Below are positions 29,300 to 44,100 of a stretch of DNA of 64,000 nt, one piece after another. The translations under genes and the position numbers were made by a program. The notes below the pieces were generated by a model that was not told the origin of the DNA, made no database searches, and worked only from the letters and a program-made list of their open reading frames with translations. The stretch comes from Eledone cirrhosa (lineage: Eukaryota). Position 1 is the stretch's first letter; the number at the start of each line of letters is the position of its first letter. The stretch spans positions 26,412,001-26,476,000 of the forward strand of contig OZ024745.1 of NCBI GenBank assembly GCA_964016885.1. The letters run 5' to 3'.

Positions 29300-29699
29300 T
29301 ACGGGTGTTTTGTGAGGTGGTGCATATAAACTCATTAGCCAGACGATGATGACGCCCAAACCGTATGCGAACCGAGATAAGCAGGAATGACGTCACAGTG
29401 GCTAACTTGTTGTTAAGCCCGGGAAGAGCAGACTGGTTAGAAGACAGTGGCCCCGACTGTTTAAAAAGATAGCGCCTGAAACACTTGATATAAACAATCT
29501 GACTATCTTTTTTCTTTTCGCTCTTTAACATCTGATGTCAGCATCTTCAGTAAACTTCGCAATCTTAATATTGCTTATATCCTCTTTGACGAAAAACAAA
29601 TAAGGTGATGCTACGGCGAAATGTTCTGTGACTACGATGCTGCAAGTACGCAGATAAACGTAAACTAATTTCGTTGTTTTTGTGGGCTATAATAAGAAA

Positions 29700-30282
29700 T
29701 CTTCACCATTGTTAACATTATTTTTGAAGGTGGTGGATAGGTTTCCTCCTCATTACGTTCAACTTTTCTTTCATTCTTCCGAGGATGAAAATTAAAGTAC
29801 CTGTAATGTACTGATATCGACTGAATCAGCCCTCCCCAATCACCTGGTCTTGTGCCTAAATCAGATTGGCAGTATCGGTAGAGGGTCGGACGCCATGCTT
29901 TCCAGCATAGTTACGTCCCTTTACGATCTGAGTTCAAATCCCGCCGAGGTTGACTTTGCCTTTCATCCCTACGGGGTCGATAAAATAAAGTACCAGTAAT
30001 GTACTGGGTAATTGCTGGCCTTGTGCCTAAAGTAGAAACAATTATTATTATTATTGCTTTTGTTGTTGTGACTTAGCAGTATCCTAGATTGTCGGACACC
30101 ATTTTTTTCAGCGTATATTTACGTCTCTTTACGTTCTGTGTTCAAATCGCGTCGAAGTTAACTTTGCCTTTCATTCTTACCGGGTGGATATAATAAAGTA
30201 TCAGTCATGCACTGGGGTCGATTTAATCGACTTTCTCCTCCCACAAAGTTGCTGTCTAAATCAGAAACCATTATTCTTATTC
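29700..30282 (+). mobile_element. Cluster of three head-to-tail SINEs (old ~29700-29861, young 29862-30055, old ~30070-30282)
   Basis: Three successive 'actttgcctttcat...aaagta' bodies; the middle one is near consensus. Confidence 0.8.
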
Positions 30283-31264
30283 TTAAGTCCTTTTCACAAC
30301 TTTGTGTGTTATTGTTAGTTATTTAATACCGCCACATAAAGCTTAACATAAACTTAAGACGGGGAGGACGAGTAGCTCTTCTCTTATTTATTAGACAGAA
30401 TTTTTCGAAAAATATGTGCTGTCCCTGAGAGCACTGATTTCTGAAAAGTACATATCCTCTACTCTATGTTGAACTTTTTCAAGTGTTTGTGGAAATCTGG
30501 TGGGATCTCTTGGGGTAAGCATTGTCTGGGAATGATTAGGCCTGAGAATTTACTCGCCAAATAGTTTGCGTCACATAAATGCTCTGACAACCGAAGCCCA
30601 GCTCATGGCCTACACTGGCGAAGATATTTGGAATTTACAAGAAGGTGAATTACTGGTGATTGAAAAGCAGTTGATATGGGTAGACAGAACTCGTCAGCCA
30701 TGAAGGGCAATCCATCAAAACCGATGAATTATGAGGGAAAATGGCGTTTCACAAAGTTCTGGTAAGCAATCCACCTAGTGACGGTGTCATGACAAAAACA
30801 CTGATGATGCAACTTTATACCTCGAATACGCGATGTCTGAAAACTATTTTACAAATCATATTTTCATTAGTTTATGTGTTTCTAGTGCACTACTAAAGTA
30901 TGTGCTGCATTACCATTTGTGGATATAAGATTATGTTTTGTGATGCATCGGTATTACTCTATTATGCTATTTGTTTTGCTATTTCTCGTGTTATTTTCTG
31001 GTTTCATCTCATGTACTGGCCATTCTCATGTACTGTGTTCTTTAGATGTTTAAACGTTATCACTCAGAGTTCCATGTTGAAGTGTAGACGAACTATTGCT
31101 CAATTGACATAGTGACTGTCTCTACACTTATAAAATATACTCAATAAAATAATGTATTGTGTCTAACTTAGAAAGACGTAAGAGGATGACAAGAAAAGAT
31201 ATATATCATCATGTGTAACAAGAAGTTAATAGTTTGATTGCAAGTCGAAACCAATAATTGTCAT

Positions 31265-31351
31265 TCTTCTTCTTCTTCTTCTTCTTCTTCTTCTTCTTCT
31301 TCTTCTTCTTCTTCTTCTTCTTCTTCTTCTTCTTCTTCTTCTTCTTCTTCT
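31265..31351. repeat. (TTC)n microsatellite
   Basis: Direct reading. Confidence 0.97.
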
Positions 31352-32099
31352 CCGTGTTCACCTACTATTCCTTAACTATTTCGATTATTAATATTGTACT
31401 AAGAAATATAAATAACTTGATATTGACAGAATTAGTTAAGTTACAAAAACTAACAAAATCTTTTAACATTTTAAAAATTAGTTGAAATTTATGACTGTAT
31501 ATTTCTTTTAAAATATTATAATGAAATGGGTAAAATACAATACAGTACTGAAGCGGTAAGTGGATCATAAGTAGTAGTATTTGCAAGTTTTAGTACTATA
31601 TTTGTAGTAGCATATTATAGTAAAGTTTGCACTAAGCATGCTTGCACGATTTATGAATTTAATCAGTTTACATATACATCTATGGTTCATTCATAAATTG
31701 TAATCAGATTTGTATTCGGAAAATAAGCCTTTATTGAAAGAATTTGCCTACAAAACAATACTTACTTATTATTATCGCGGGGAAATATACAGCCAGTTTA
31801 ATGACTAATAAATGACATAATAAGGCCAATGTTAAATTTTGATATTGAAGCCAAAGCTAAATATTTTGGTTCTCTGTCCAAATCTAGTTATAGCGGGGCG
31901 TTGTATACATATAAGAAGACCTCTATACATGATAATGATTTTAAAAATCATTATTGATAATAGAAACAAAGCGATCATACATCAGCATTTAAAAGGGGTC
32001 AAGATAACTGCTAGGACTGTAATTTAGCTATATAGATAAGTAGCGAAATAATATATATTTCAGAAAAAACATTTTCTGATGCACATGAGATGTATATAA

Positions 32100-32210
32100 G
32101 GGTTTAGAATAACCTCATGAAAGCTGAGGTTACCAGAGCAAATACATTTCTCAAATGTGGCACGGTCCCTGGTAAGGATGAAATTCGTCTCGAGATATCA
32201 AAAACCTGAA
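32100..32210 (+). pseudogene. Small LINE RT N-terminal remnant
   Basis: KAEVTRANTFLKCGTVPGKDEIRLEISK resembles the 'E v..ai..lk.gkapG.D.I..E' motif that precedes non-LTR RT domains. Confidence 0.4.
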
Positions 32211-32247
32211 ATAGAGTTGGTATACTCAGGATGACTAGTGATTACTG

Positions 32248-32318
32248 AAGAAGAAGAAGAAGAAGAAGAAGAAGAAGAAGAAGAAGAAGAAGAAGAAGAA
32301 GAAGAAGAAGAAGAAGAA
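32248..32318. repeat. (GAA)n microsatellite
   Basis: Direct reading. Confidence 0.97.
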
Positions 32319-33811
32319 ATCTAATCAGTTAAAGAAAAGCTGATAAAACCATCTTTTATTAAAACATTCAAAACGATATATGTAGCATATAAAATAGTGT
32401 ACAAAAACGTACAGAAAGAAACGCATATAAAATACAAAAATCAAACGTTGTTAAGCAACAAGAATATTTATGACAATGGAATGTTTTTAATGGATTTTAA
32501 ATGGATAACCTATGATTAAATGATCTAGGATCATATTCTGACAAAATACAGAGGTATTGCTAGACGTGCTGCTATTTCTCACAGTGAAACTATGAAAGGA
32601 GAATAAAAATAGCCAAAGATGTTTTAGGATAGATATCTGAGAAGGGTTGAACGTGTATAAGTGAATATTATGAAAAGATATGGGCACAATATCCAAATAT
32701 ATTGAATAAATTATAGATAAGACAAAATGACAACTGTTTTGTTTAATATCAGACTTTCCAACCTAATATTTATATTACAAAATGACTTTAAATAAAATGA
32801 AATGCAAACGCAAATAGAGAAGATTAGATATTTCTTGCGAAAGCACTTGATCAGTAGCATCGAAAATACATGCTTCATAATACTTTCGAAAACAAAAAAC
32901 ACAGAGTCTTGAATTTATAGTGAATACGACGAAATACTGAGTCATGTTCTAACAAAATATGAATGCTTAGGCAGGCATGCTGCTACATTTCAGCATTACT
33001 CATTTTATATAAAAAATGTGAGACTGAGCAATATTTGGACGGGAAAATGGCCGAAGTATTAGGGAATACAATGGATTTATTTTAGTTTCTAGTTTTCTGA
33101 GTTCACATCCGATTAAGGTCAACATTATATTTCATCATTCGACTTTGTGTTTCATCTTTCTAAATAGTTGGGCGTGATACCTTGTGGGGTTTGATCCTCC
33201 ACTATGTGTGCTGAGTACAAATATCAACGTAGCCTACTCGCCCGGTTTAACACTATCACCTGGACTTTGTTTTTGTGCCTTTATTGGCGTTCACTATCTT
33301 ACAGGAATTCAGCCCTTCAATCAGGAGATCCAGTCCTGGGGACCCTAAAACAGATTTTTTCAACTGGTACTACATATTCTCTAATGTTTCATTACTCCCG
33401 TCGTTTTCGAACTATTATTTTCGTTGATATCTTTCTAAAAAACTTTTGTTTTAATACTATTTCCCATTAATGTGCAATTTCGAAGATGTAAAACTAAAGA
33501 AACAAAAATAAAATTACATATATAGTAAATCATATTTATTTATTACTAATTAAACTTAATTTAGCTGAATGATATTCTTCTGAATTGATATTATTTGTAG
33601 ATGTAAACTTTAGCCGAAGGTTTTAGAAAGGTTGTAGATAACGAATGTGTCACTTGCTATCCTCCATGAATTATAATACAAATGTACAGATGGATAAAGC
33701 CTTGGATATATAGGCTAGTTACGTCATCAACCCGTGGGAAACTCGACACTGTCACTAGTTTTCTCAAAATGACGTTGACACGATATATATATACACACAC
33801 TCACATATATG

Positions 33812-33854
<43 letters not shown>

Positions 33855-34599
33855 GAGAGAGCGAGAGAGAGACAGAGAGAGGGGGAGAGAGAACGAAAGA
33901 GAGGATAAATATTTTGTATGTAATTTATCAACAAATTCATCAACCATTAAAACAAATTATTTTTATTTTCATTTGTCAAAATTTTGAAATTCATACTCTA
34001 GTATTATTTTAAAGACAATGCGCTATTTATTAGTGATACGGGTTTCATAATTCTATTGCCAAGTCCTTTTGGTAATTTTAGAATAATGCTGATTAGTTCA
34101 AAGAGATAGGCGCCAGATATAACCATTTCTTATTTTGATTTGAAAGCAGTCATCCACGATTTTTTTTTGTTCTTATTTTATTATGATTTCCTCACTTTTC
34201 TGTTCCACCCTTTGTCTCCCCTCTTCATTTTATTAGTTTCTTGTTATTACACATTTCATATATAAATTTTAGAATGACCTCATGCTGTATTTTGCTGACT
34301 GAACGTCTTTTAACTGCAAATATTGAAGGTTTCAGGTTCTCGTACGGCTTTCAATTCCGATATCACGGCGAATATTTCATTGTCTCCTGGGTAAATCGTA
34401 ATTTCATAGGACCACATTTATGTATTTTTATTGTTTCTATCTTATTCCAGACTAATCAATGGTTCACTGCATGTCTGACGACAGCGAGAAGGACTGGGGT
34501 GCGTATGTAACTTAGTAAAATAGGAATGCAGAATTACATTGCCCAAAGTGTACCGGTTTCTTTTAGTTTAGGCTCCTATCGAAATCCACCGGGGCAATT

Positions 34600-34669
<70 letters not shown>

Positions 34670-34770
34670 AAAATTGAAGCTGTAAATGCACAGAATTACA
34701 TTTAAAGATTATATTTTCTTTAATCCGACAGAATGAATAGTTTCATAAATGTACCATAAATATATATATA

Positions 34771-34814
<44 letters not shown>

Positions 34815-34884
34815 TATATATATATATATATGCATATATATATATATATATATATGCATATATATATATATGCATATATATATA

Positions 34885-34959
<75 letters not shown>

Positions 34960-35371
34960 GTACATTTAGAAAACCTATGCACCATCATAGCAACAGTGTA
35001 GGGCCACCATGTTACCCATTAGATATGCAAGATATAGCAGGTACATTTCCCACAAATAACACACTATCTTCCTAAAGAGCCATATGGTACAAGATACACG
35101 AAAACATATAATATATTACCATTAACATTTTTCGCTTTTGAATTGGTGTAAATATATGTTAGTTTGCATACACACACGCACACACACATACACAAATACA
35201 CAAGCACACACGTACACATACGAATCTGTATATACACAGAGATTGAATGTGCCTTTGCACATATAAGCCCGCATATCTGATGAAATGTCGATATTGAAAA
35301 GATTGCAAACTACTAAAAAAGTTTGCGTATAAGCTGCAACGATGACTTCGATCCTAATTATAAATATATAT

Positions 35372-35467
<96 letters not shown>

Positions 35468-35469
<2 letters not shown>

Positions 35470-35571
35470 CGAAGGAAATGTGGTAAGGAAGCAAGTGGAC
35501 CATAACGCACCAAAGTATAAATACTTAGGGTAGTAGAGTGGGTAATAGGAACGAGTAGGGTCCTACTCGTT

Positions 35572-35575
<4 letters not shown>
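35468..35575 (-). mobile_element. Family B short copy with terminal hairpin
   Basis: Family B tail plus taggaacgagtagg-gt-cctactcgttccta. Confidence 0.8.
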
Positions 35576-35617
<42 letters not shown>

Positions 35618-35619
<2 letters not shown>

Positions 35620-35755
35620 TAAGTTATTCCGAGTTGAATCGGAGGTGACCATAGTAAGTAAGGTACTCAATACATAGCAGAGTATAAAAGTTTTAATATA
35701 GATGAGATTCTACAGGACTAGAACTGTTTCATTCTTTAGAAATCATTAGGAATGT
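35618..35755 (-). mobile_element. TA-adjacent short element with degenerate hammerhead core
   Basis: Minus strand: CTAATGA-tttct aa agaat-GAAAC-agttcta-GTC; stem I not evident. Confidence 0.4.
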
Positions 35756-35938
35756 CTGCGTGTGTGTATGCAAACTAACAATGTGTGACAATCCTGAATT
35801 ACAACCACATACAATCTGACGGGCATTAGCGTAGTGTTCATCTGCAAATTATCATTTACATGAAGACAGTGGCTAGGATCAAACTTGACTCATCACGATT
35901 ATGAAGCAATCATCATAAACATCCATCTTCTCCTTCGT

Positions 35939-35974
<36 letters not shown>

Positions 35975-35991
35975 AATATATATATATATAT

Positions 35992-36085
35992 ATTTATACA
36001 CTAATATATATATTTCTACACTAATATATATATTTATACACTAATATATATATTTACACACTAATATATATATTTATACACTAAT
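35992..36085. repeat. 20-bp tandem repeat, ~4.5 copies
   Basis: ctaatatatatatttataca. Confidence 0.9.
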
Positions 36086-37164
36086 GCTTATATATACATA
36101 CACGTATGCACATGCCCATACATGGATACAAATACCTACATAGATATTATCAAATATTTATAAGCATACATCTATGTTTCTACAGGTTGTCTCCACCTAA
36201 GTATAAACTCTTCCATACAGAAAGACACATTTACACACATTTACACACATACACACGCACACATACACACGCACACATAGTCACATATACGCACGCGCAA
36301 AATCACACATACATACATATACGTATATAAACAATTTAAGTCTATGTTTCTCTCTCTATATTTTTGTGTGTGAGAATGTATGGATATGTGTGCCTGTGAA
36401 TTTATGTGTTTGTGTGTGTGTGTTTGTGTGTTTGAGTGTGTGCGTTTGTGTGTCTGTGTGTGTGTTTGTGTGTGTGTGTGCCTCTGTGTGTGTCTGTATG
36501 TGCATGTGTGTGTGCGTTTGTGTGTCTGTGTGTGTGTTTGTGTGTGTGTGTGCCTCTGTGTGTGTGTGTGTCTGTGTGTGCATGTGTGTGTGCGCGCGCC
36601 TGTGTGTGTGTGTGTGTGTGTGTGTGAGTGTGTGTGCGCGCGCGCGTGTGTGAGCGCGCGTTCGCACGTAGTTTTGGTAGGAACTGTGAAAATATTGTTC
36701 TGCAAAAAGGGCGATTATAGATGAGTAAAAGTTTGTTTAAAAGGTGAAACCATAAATAATGGTAAGTCTGTTTGAATTTCAGATTTACCCACACTATGAG
36801 GATATTGTCTGCCACTTCTCCAGAAAGAGATGAGCTGCGGGCAAAAATCTAAATACAAAAATCTAAATACTAAAATCTAAATGAATAAGAATAATAATAA
36901 CTACGATCTGAAAATCAACTTGAATGTATTCATACACTGAAGTATGTATTGAGAAAACACAAATATTTTATGGCAGGGTTTAACTTATGTTTAACTAATG
37001 ATACATACAGGGCCAATATGACTATACGGCAAATATAGAATAAAATATAAAATCAAATACAAAAAAAATATTCAAAACTGATGATTATTGGATGATCATG
37101 TATGTCTTTGAGTATAGATATATAACATAGACATATATACACACGCACAAACATACATATACAA

Positions 37165-37212
<48 letters not shown>

Positions 37213-37374
37213 CATATAAATGAGAGGTATAGAGATTGTTTTAGCGAGAAGCTAACAGCATTCTATAACATATATATATATCATATGTATGTATTATATA
37301 TATATATATATGAGTGTGTGTGTGAATATTTATAATAGTTTAGATTAACGTATACATATATATATATATATATT

Positions 37375-37583
37375 TAGTGGTAGAACACTGGAAGCTAATA
37401 TCCGTAGTGGTAGAGCACTCAGTCCAAGGGACGAGTTAGGTAGTACTGGTTACACAACAGTTAGTTCACCATACCGAGAACAATTGTTTCACCTTAGGGG
37501 ATCCTCAGCTCCATTACGAGCTGAGGATCCGCTAAGGTGAAACAATTGTTCTCGGTATGGTGAACTAACTGTTGTGTAACCAC

Positions 37584-37586
<3 letters not shown>
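37375..37586. mobile_element. Family E fold-back element with a minimal hammerhead on each strand
   Basis: 65-bp arms at 37447-37511 and 37518-37582 with a 6-nt loop. Plus strand: cgag-CTGAGGA-tccgctaaggt-GAAAC-AATT-GTT-ctcg. Diverged homolog at 58190-58292 (-). Confidence 0.8.
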
Positions 37587-37622
<36 letters not shown>

Positions 37623-38266
37623 CACGAGGTGACTCAGACGCATATTTAGACAGGCTCAGTATTTTAACCTTTATGTACGCGATTGTCTTCGTTTGAATGT
37701 TTGATGGTGGAACACCAAGAACTTAAACTATATCTCCAGAGAAAACTAGTTTTTAACCCAAGGAACAATTGTAATAGTTGTCGAAATTTCATATGCAAAA
37801 TTGATTCTAATTAAATGATGCTAGCTCTAACTTAGTATTTTTTATTTCGAAGTAACTAATTGATACAATAGAAAATATTCTATCAGAACAGAGATTTGTA
37901 CTAAAATTATTTCATAGTTTAAGAATCGTTATAGATGAAATTACACAAAGAAAATATCTATATGCAACGTTAATCCATTTAGATGTAAAATTGTGTCTAA
38001 TTAAGAGGTGTAAATTCTGTGTTAGACAATTTGATTTCGTATTTAATTCTTTATACGATAGGAAGCATTCTATCTAAACAGAGATTTGTAATGAAGTGAT
38101 TTCATCGTTTAAATATCGTTATTTTAGAATACATAATTCAGAGAAATTACTCGGAGACTTGATCCTCATGAAATATGAAGATGAATCAATGTTAACATAT
38201 GCAGTGCAGTACCTATTAAAGAACAAACAATATTATTACTCAATAAGTAATATTTCATTTATTATA

Positions 38267-38422
38267 TTGGCAGTATCGGTAGAGGGTCGGACACCATGCT
38301 TTGACGCATAGAGTTACGGCCCTTTCCATTCTGAGTTCAAATCCTTACAGGCTCCATAAAATAAAGTATCAGTAATGCACTGGGTAATTGCTGGCCTTGT
38401 GCCAAAAAGTAGAAATAATTAT
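38267..38422 (+). mobile_element. tRNA-derived SINE with internal deletion
   Basis: Head and tail match; middle shortened at 'aaatccttac'. Confidence 0.85.
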
Positions 38423-38654
38423 TCTAGCAAGTGCGTGAGACAACTCGTGACAGGTTTTGGTGGTATTCCAACCCCCCTTCAATGACCTGATAACGATGGG
38501 ATCTCCATATCGATTTACAATATTACGGACGTGTAAACGCAGGAATATTCTTATGTGTCTGCACGTATACATACTTATATTTAAGTATCAGCCGTACTAA
38601 GAGTGAGAAATGAAATTTCAGTTTCATTTTTTCCATATATATATCTCTATCTCT

Positions 38655-38884
38655 CTAAGGCGGGTAAAATTCCCGAGATCCATGGACGAGTTCTCTCCAG
38701 CGGTCTCTGTCCCTCATTATCGCTGCCATGTCCCGAATCTCCAGTAGACCAGTGTCTGTCCTTAGGGCATCAACATACGTTAACCTTGGTCTTCCTCTTC
38801 TAGTTTGTCCATGTAGGGGCTCCCAAAGGAGTACTGAGTGCTAGGTCAACTCTGGATGCCGGTGAGCATGTCCAGCTAACCTCA
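38655..38884 (-). pseudogene. RTE-clade LINE 3' fragment
   Basis: RLAGHAHRHPELT*HSVLLWEPLHGQTRRGRPRLTYVDALRTDTG...MRDRDRWRELV. Confidence 0.8.
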
Positions 38885-38897
38885 TATATATATATAT

Positions 38898-39090
38898 AAC
38901 GAAGGAGTTGTGGTAAGGAACCAGATGGACCATAACGCACCAGAGTACTCAATACTTAGGGTAGTAGAGTGGGTAATAGGATAATGTATGACTCCGACGG
39001 CAGAGCTCAAGCCGTTTCGACGGCTATTTCTGGACATAAATAGCCGTCGAAACGGCTTGAGCTCTGCCGTCGAGGTCATACATGTTCCTA
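38898..39090 (-). mobile_element. Family B fold-back element
   Basis: Near-perfect palindrome gacggcagagctcaagccgtttcgacggctattt...aaatagccgtcgaaacggcttgagctctgccgtc plus tail. Confidence 0.88.
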
Positions 39091-39116
39091 TATATATATA
39101 TATATATATATGTGTG

Positions 39117-39189
<73 letters not shown>

Positions 39190-39427
39190 GTTTATATAAA
39201 TATGGCGTCCGTGTTTAGCACTTGATGTGAATTTTTAGTGACAATTCGATATTGATAACATCAGAAGTCACACAGAATTTGCATAAAATTGTAAGAGTTA
39301 TATTGCAGTTTATCATATTCTTGGTATATTCACTAGACTTTCCAAGGAGACAAAAATGATGTCGCTATTATATACAAATTAAAATGTATTAAACTCTACT
39401 GTCACTCTGAAATGTGTATATGTATAT

Positions 39428-39552
<125 letters not shown>

Positions 39553-39792
39553 GTAGGAGGTGAGTTTTATTGTAGTACAATAAAGCAATGCAGATATCGA
39601 ATAATTGTTGATTTAAAACTGCACTATTCACAAGTGTTTTTTAACCATCATATCATGTCTCCCTATTTTATCTGACGAAAACGCAAATGTCATCGCATGA
39701 TGATATTTGTTTTTGAATTGCGCATAATAAAATACATGGAACTCTTTTAACCATCTTTTGATCTTATATAGTATATATTATATATATATATT

Positions 39793-39979
<187 letters not shown>

Positions 39980-40067
39980 TTAACAATATTCATCCTGTCA
40001 GATCTCTCCGAAAAAAAATGTTTATGATAGAGACAGATATCTTTGCAATGAATTTACGTTATAATTA

Positions 40068-40105
<38 letters not shown>

Positions 40106-40208
40106 ACACATATATATATATATATACATATATATATATGTATATATATATATGTTTATATATATATATTTATATATATATATATGTATATATATGCATA
40201 TATATATG

Positions 40209-40365
<157 letters not shown>

Positions 40366-40668
40366 ATGCATGCAAATAAAAATTGAATGATAAGTATTTG
40401 TAAGTGCAAGTGTTTGTATATGTGTCTCCGTTGATTTGAAATTATGCCTCAACCACAATATATTTTATACTCTCTCAACAAGAAATTTCTTCCCACACGA
40501 TTTTATTTCACACACGTCTTACGATAAAGATCACAGTAGATTCCCTCCCCCATCTCTCTCTTATTGCTTGTACATATATATATATATACGTATATATATA
40601 TACGTATATATATATACGTATATATATACGTATATATATATACGTATATATATATATATATGTGTGCC

Positions 40669-40737
<69 letters not shown>

Positions 40738-40843
40738 GCATATATGTATGTGTGTGCGAGCGCATATATATAGACACATATATGTGTGTGTGTGTGTGTG
40801 TTGTTTCTGTCTGTGTTTGTGTGTGCACATATAAGTAAACACA

Positions 40844-40886
<43 letters not shown>

Positions 40887-41127
40887 GGCTGCCAGAAACA
40901 CATGTGCTTTTTGTTTAAAAAATTGTTTTCCGTTTCTTCCACTTCTCGTTCTTTTAATTTCATCTTTTATTTTCGATTCTATGTTCTGATGAAAGACTTG
41001 TGTCCAAAACGCAACGAATTTTTTCCTACTATATCGAACTTTAAACTAATATATTTCTCCATTTCTACAACATCTTTGCTACCATTTCCTCTTCATTGTC
41101 TTGATCTCCGTATATTTTATAGTATCT

Positions 41128-44100
41128 CAATGATATATACATCATATCTACACCAATGATATGTACACCATATGTACACCAATGATATGTACACCATTAT
41201 GTACACCATATGTACACCAATGATATGTACACCATATGTACACCAATGATATGTACACCATATGTACACCAATGATATGTACACCATATGTACACCAATG
41301 ATATGTACACCATATGTACACCAATGGTATGTACACCAATGATATGTACACCATTATGTACACCAATGATATTTACACAATATGTACACCAATGATATGT
41401 ACACCAATATGTACACCAATGATATGTACACCATTATGTACACCAATGATATGTACACCATTATGTACACCAATGATATGTACACCATATGTACACCAAT
41501 GATATGTACACCATATGTACACCAATGATATGTACACCAATGATATGTACACCATTATGTACACCAATGATATGTACACCATTATGTACACCAATGATAT
41601 GTACACCATATGTACACCAATGATATGTACACCATATGTACACCAATGATATGTACACCATATGTATACCAATGATATGTACACCATATGTACACCAATG
41701 ATATGTACACCAATGATATGTACACCAATGATATGTACACCATATGTACACTAATCATATGTACACCATATGTACACCAATGATATGTACACCATATGTA
41801 CACCAATGATATGTACACCATATGTACACCAATGATATATACACAATATGTACACCAATGATATGTACACCATATGTACACCAATGATATGTACACCATA
41901 TGTACACTAATCATATGTACACCATATGTACACCAATGATATGTACACCATATGTACACCAATAATATGTACACCATATGTACACCAATGTTATGTACCC
42001 CATATGTACACCAATGTTATGTACCCCATATGTACACCAATGATATGTACACCATATGTATACCAATCATATGTACACCATATGTACACCAATGATATGT
42101 ACACCATATGTACACCAATGATATGTACACCATATGTACACCAATGATATGTACACCATATGTACACCAATGATATGTACACCATATGTACACTAATGAT
42201 ATGTACACCATATGTACACCAATGATATGTACACCATATGTACACCAATGATATGTACACCATATGTACACCAATGATATGTACACCATATGTACACCAA
42301 TGGTATGTACACCATATGTACACCAATGATATGTACACCATATGTACACCAATGATATGTACACCATATGTACACCAATGATATGTACACTATTATGTAC
42401 ACCAATGATATGTACACCATATGTACACCAATGATATGTACACTATATGTACACCAATGATATGTACACCATATGTACACCAATGATATGTACACCATTA
42501 TGTACACCAATGATATGTACACCATTATGTACACCATATGTACACAATATGTACACCAATGATATGTACACCAAATTACACCAATGATATGTACACCATA
42601 TGTACACCAATGATATGTACACTATATGTACACCAATGATATGTACACCATATGTACACCAATGATATGTACACCATATGTACACCAATGATATGTACAC
42701 CATTATGTACACCAATGATATGTACACCATTATGTACACCATATGTACACAATATGTACACCAGTGATATGTACGCCAAATTACACCAATGATATGTACA
42801 CCATATGTACACCAATAATATGTACACCATATGTACACCATATGTACACCAATATGTACACCATATGTACACCAATGATATGTACACCATATGTACACTA
42901 ATGATATGTACACCATATGTACACTAATCATATGTACACCATATGTACACTAATCATATGTACACCATATATACACCAATGATATGTACACCATATGTAT
43001 ACCAATCATATGTACACCATATGTACACCAATGATATGTACACCATATGTATACCAATCATATGTACACCATATGTACACCAATGATATGTACACCATAT
43101 GTACACTAATGATATGTACACCATATGTACACTAATCATATGTACACCATATGTACACCAATGATATGTACACCATATGTACACCAATGATATGTACACC
43201 ATATGTACACCAATGATATGTACACCATATGTACACCAATAATATGTACACCATATGTACACCATATGTACACCAATGATATGTACGCCATATGTACACC
43301 AATGATATGTACACCATTATGTACACCAATGATATGTACACCATATGTACACCAATGATATGTACACCATATGTACACCAATGATATGTACACCATTATG
43401 TACACCAATGATATGTACACCATTATGTACACCAATGATATTTACACCGTATGTACACCAATGATATGTACACCAATGATATTTACACCATATGTACACC
43501 AATGATATGTACACCATTATGCACACCAATGATATGTACACCATATGTACACCATATGTACACCAATGATATATACACAATATGTACACCAATGATATGT
43601 ACACCATATGTACACCAATGATATGTACACCATTAAGTACACCAATGATATGTACACCATATGTACACCAATGATATGTACACCATATGTACACCAATGA
43701 TATGTACACCATTATGTACACCAATAATATGTACACCATATGTACACCAATGATATGTACACCATATGTACACCAATGATATGTACACCATATGTACACC
43801 AATGATATTTACACCATATGTACACCAATGATATGTACACCATATGTACACCAATGATATGTACACCATATGTACACCAATGATATGTACACCATATGTA
43901 CACTAATCATATGTACACCATATGTACACCAATGATATGTACACCATTATGTACTCCAATGATATGTACACCATTATGCACACCAATGATATGTACACCA
44001 TATGTACACCAATGATATGTACACCATATGTACACCAATGATATGTACACCATATGTATACCAATGATATGTACACCATATGTACACCAATGATATGTAC

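Noticed and set aside
29388-29395. CRE palindrome TGACGTCA (also 2345)
   Set aside because: An 8-mer expected by chance at this scale, with no promoter context.
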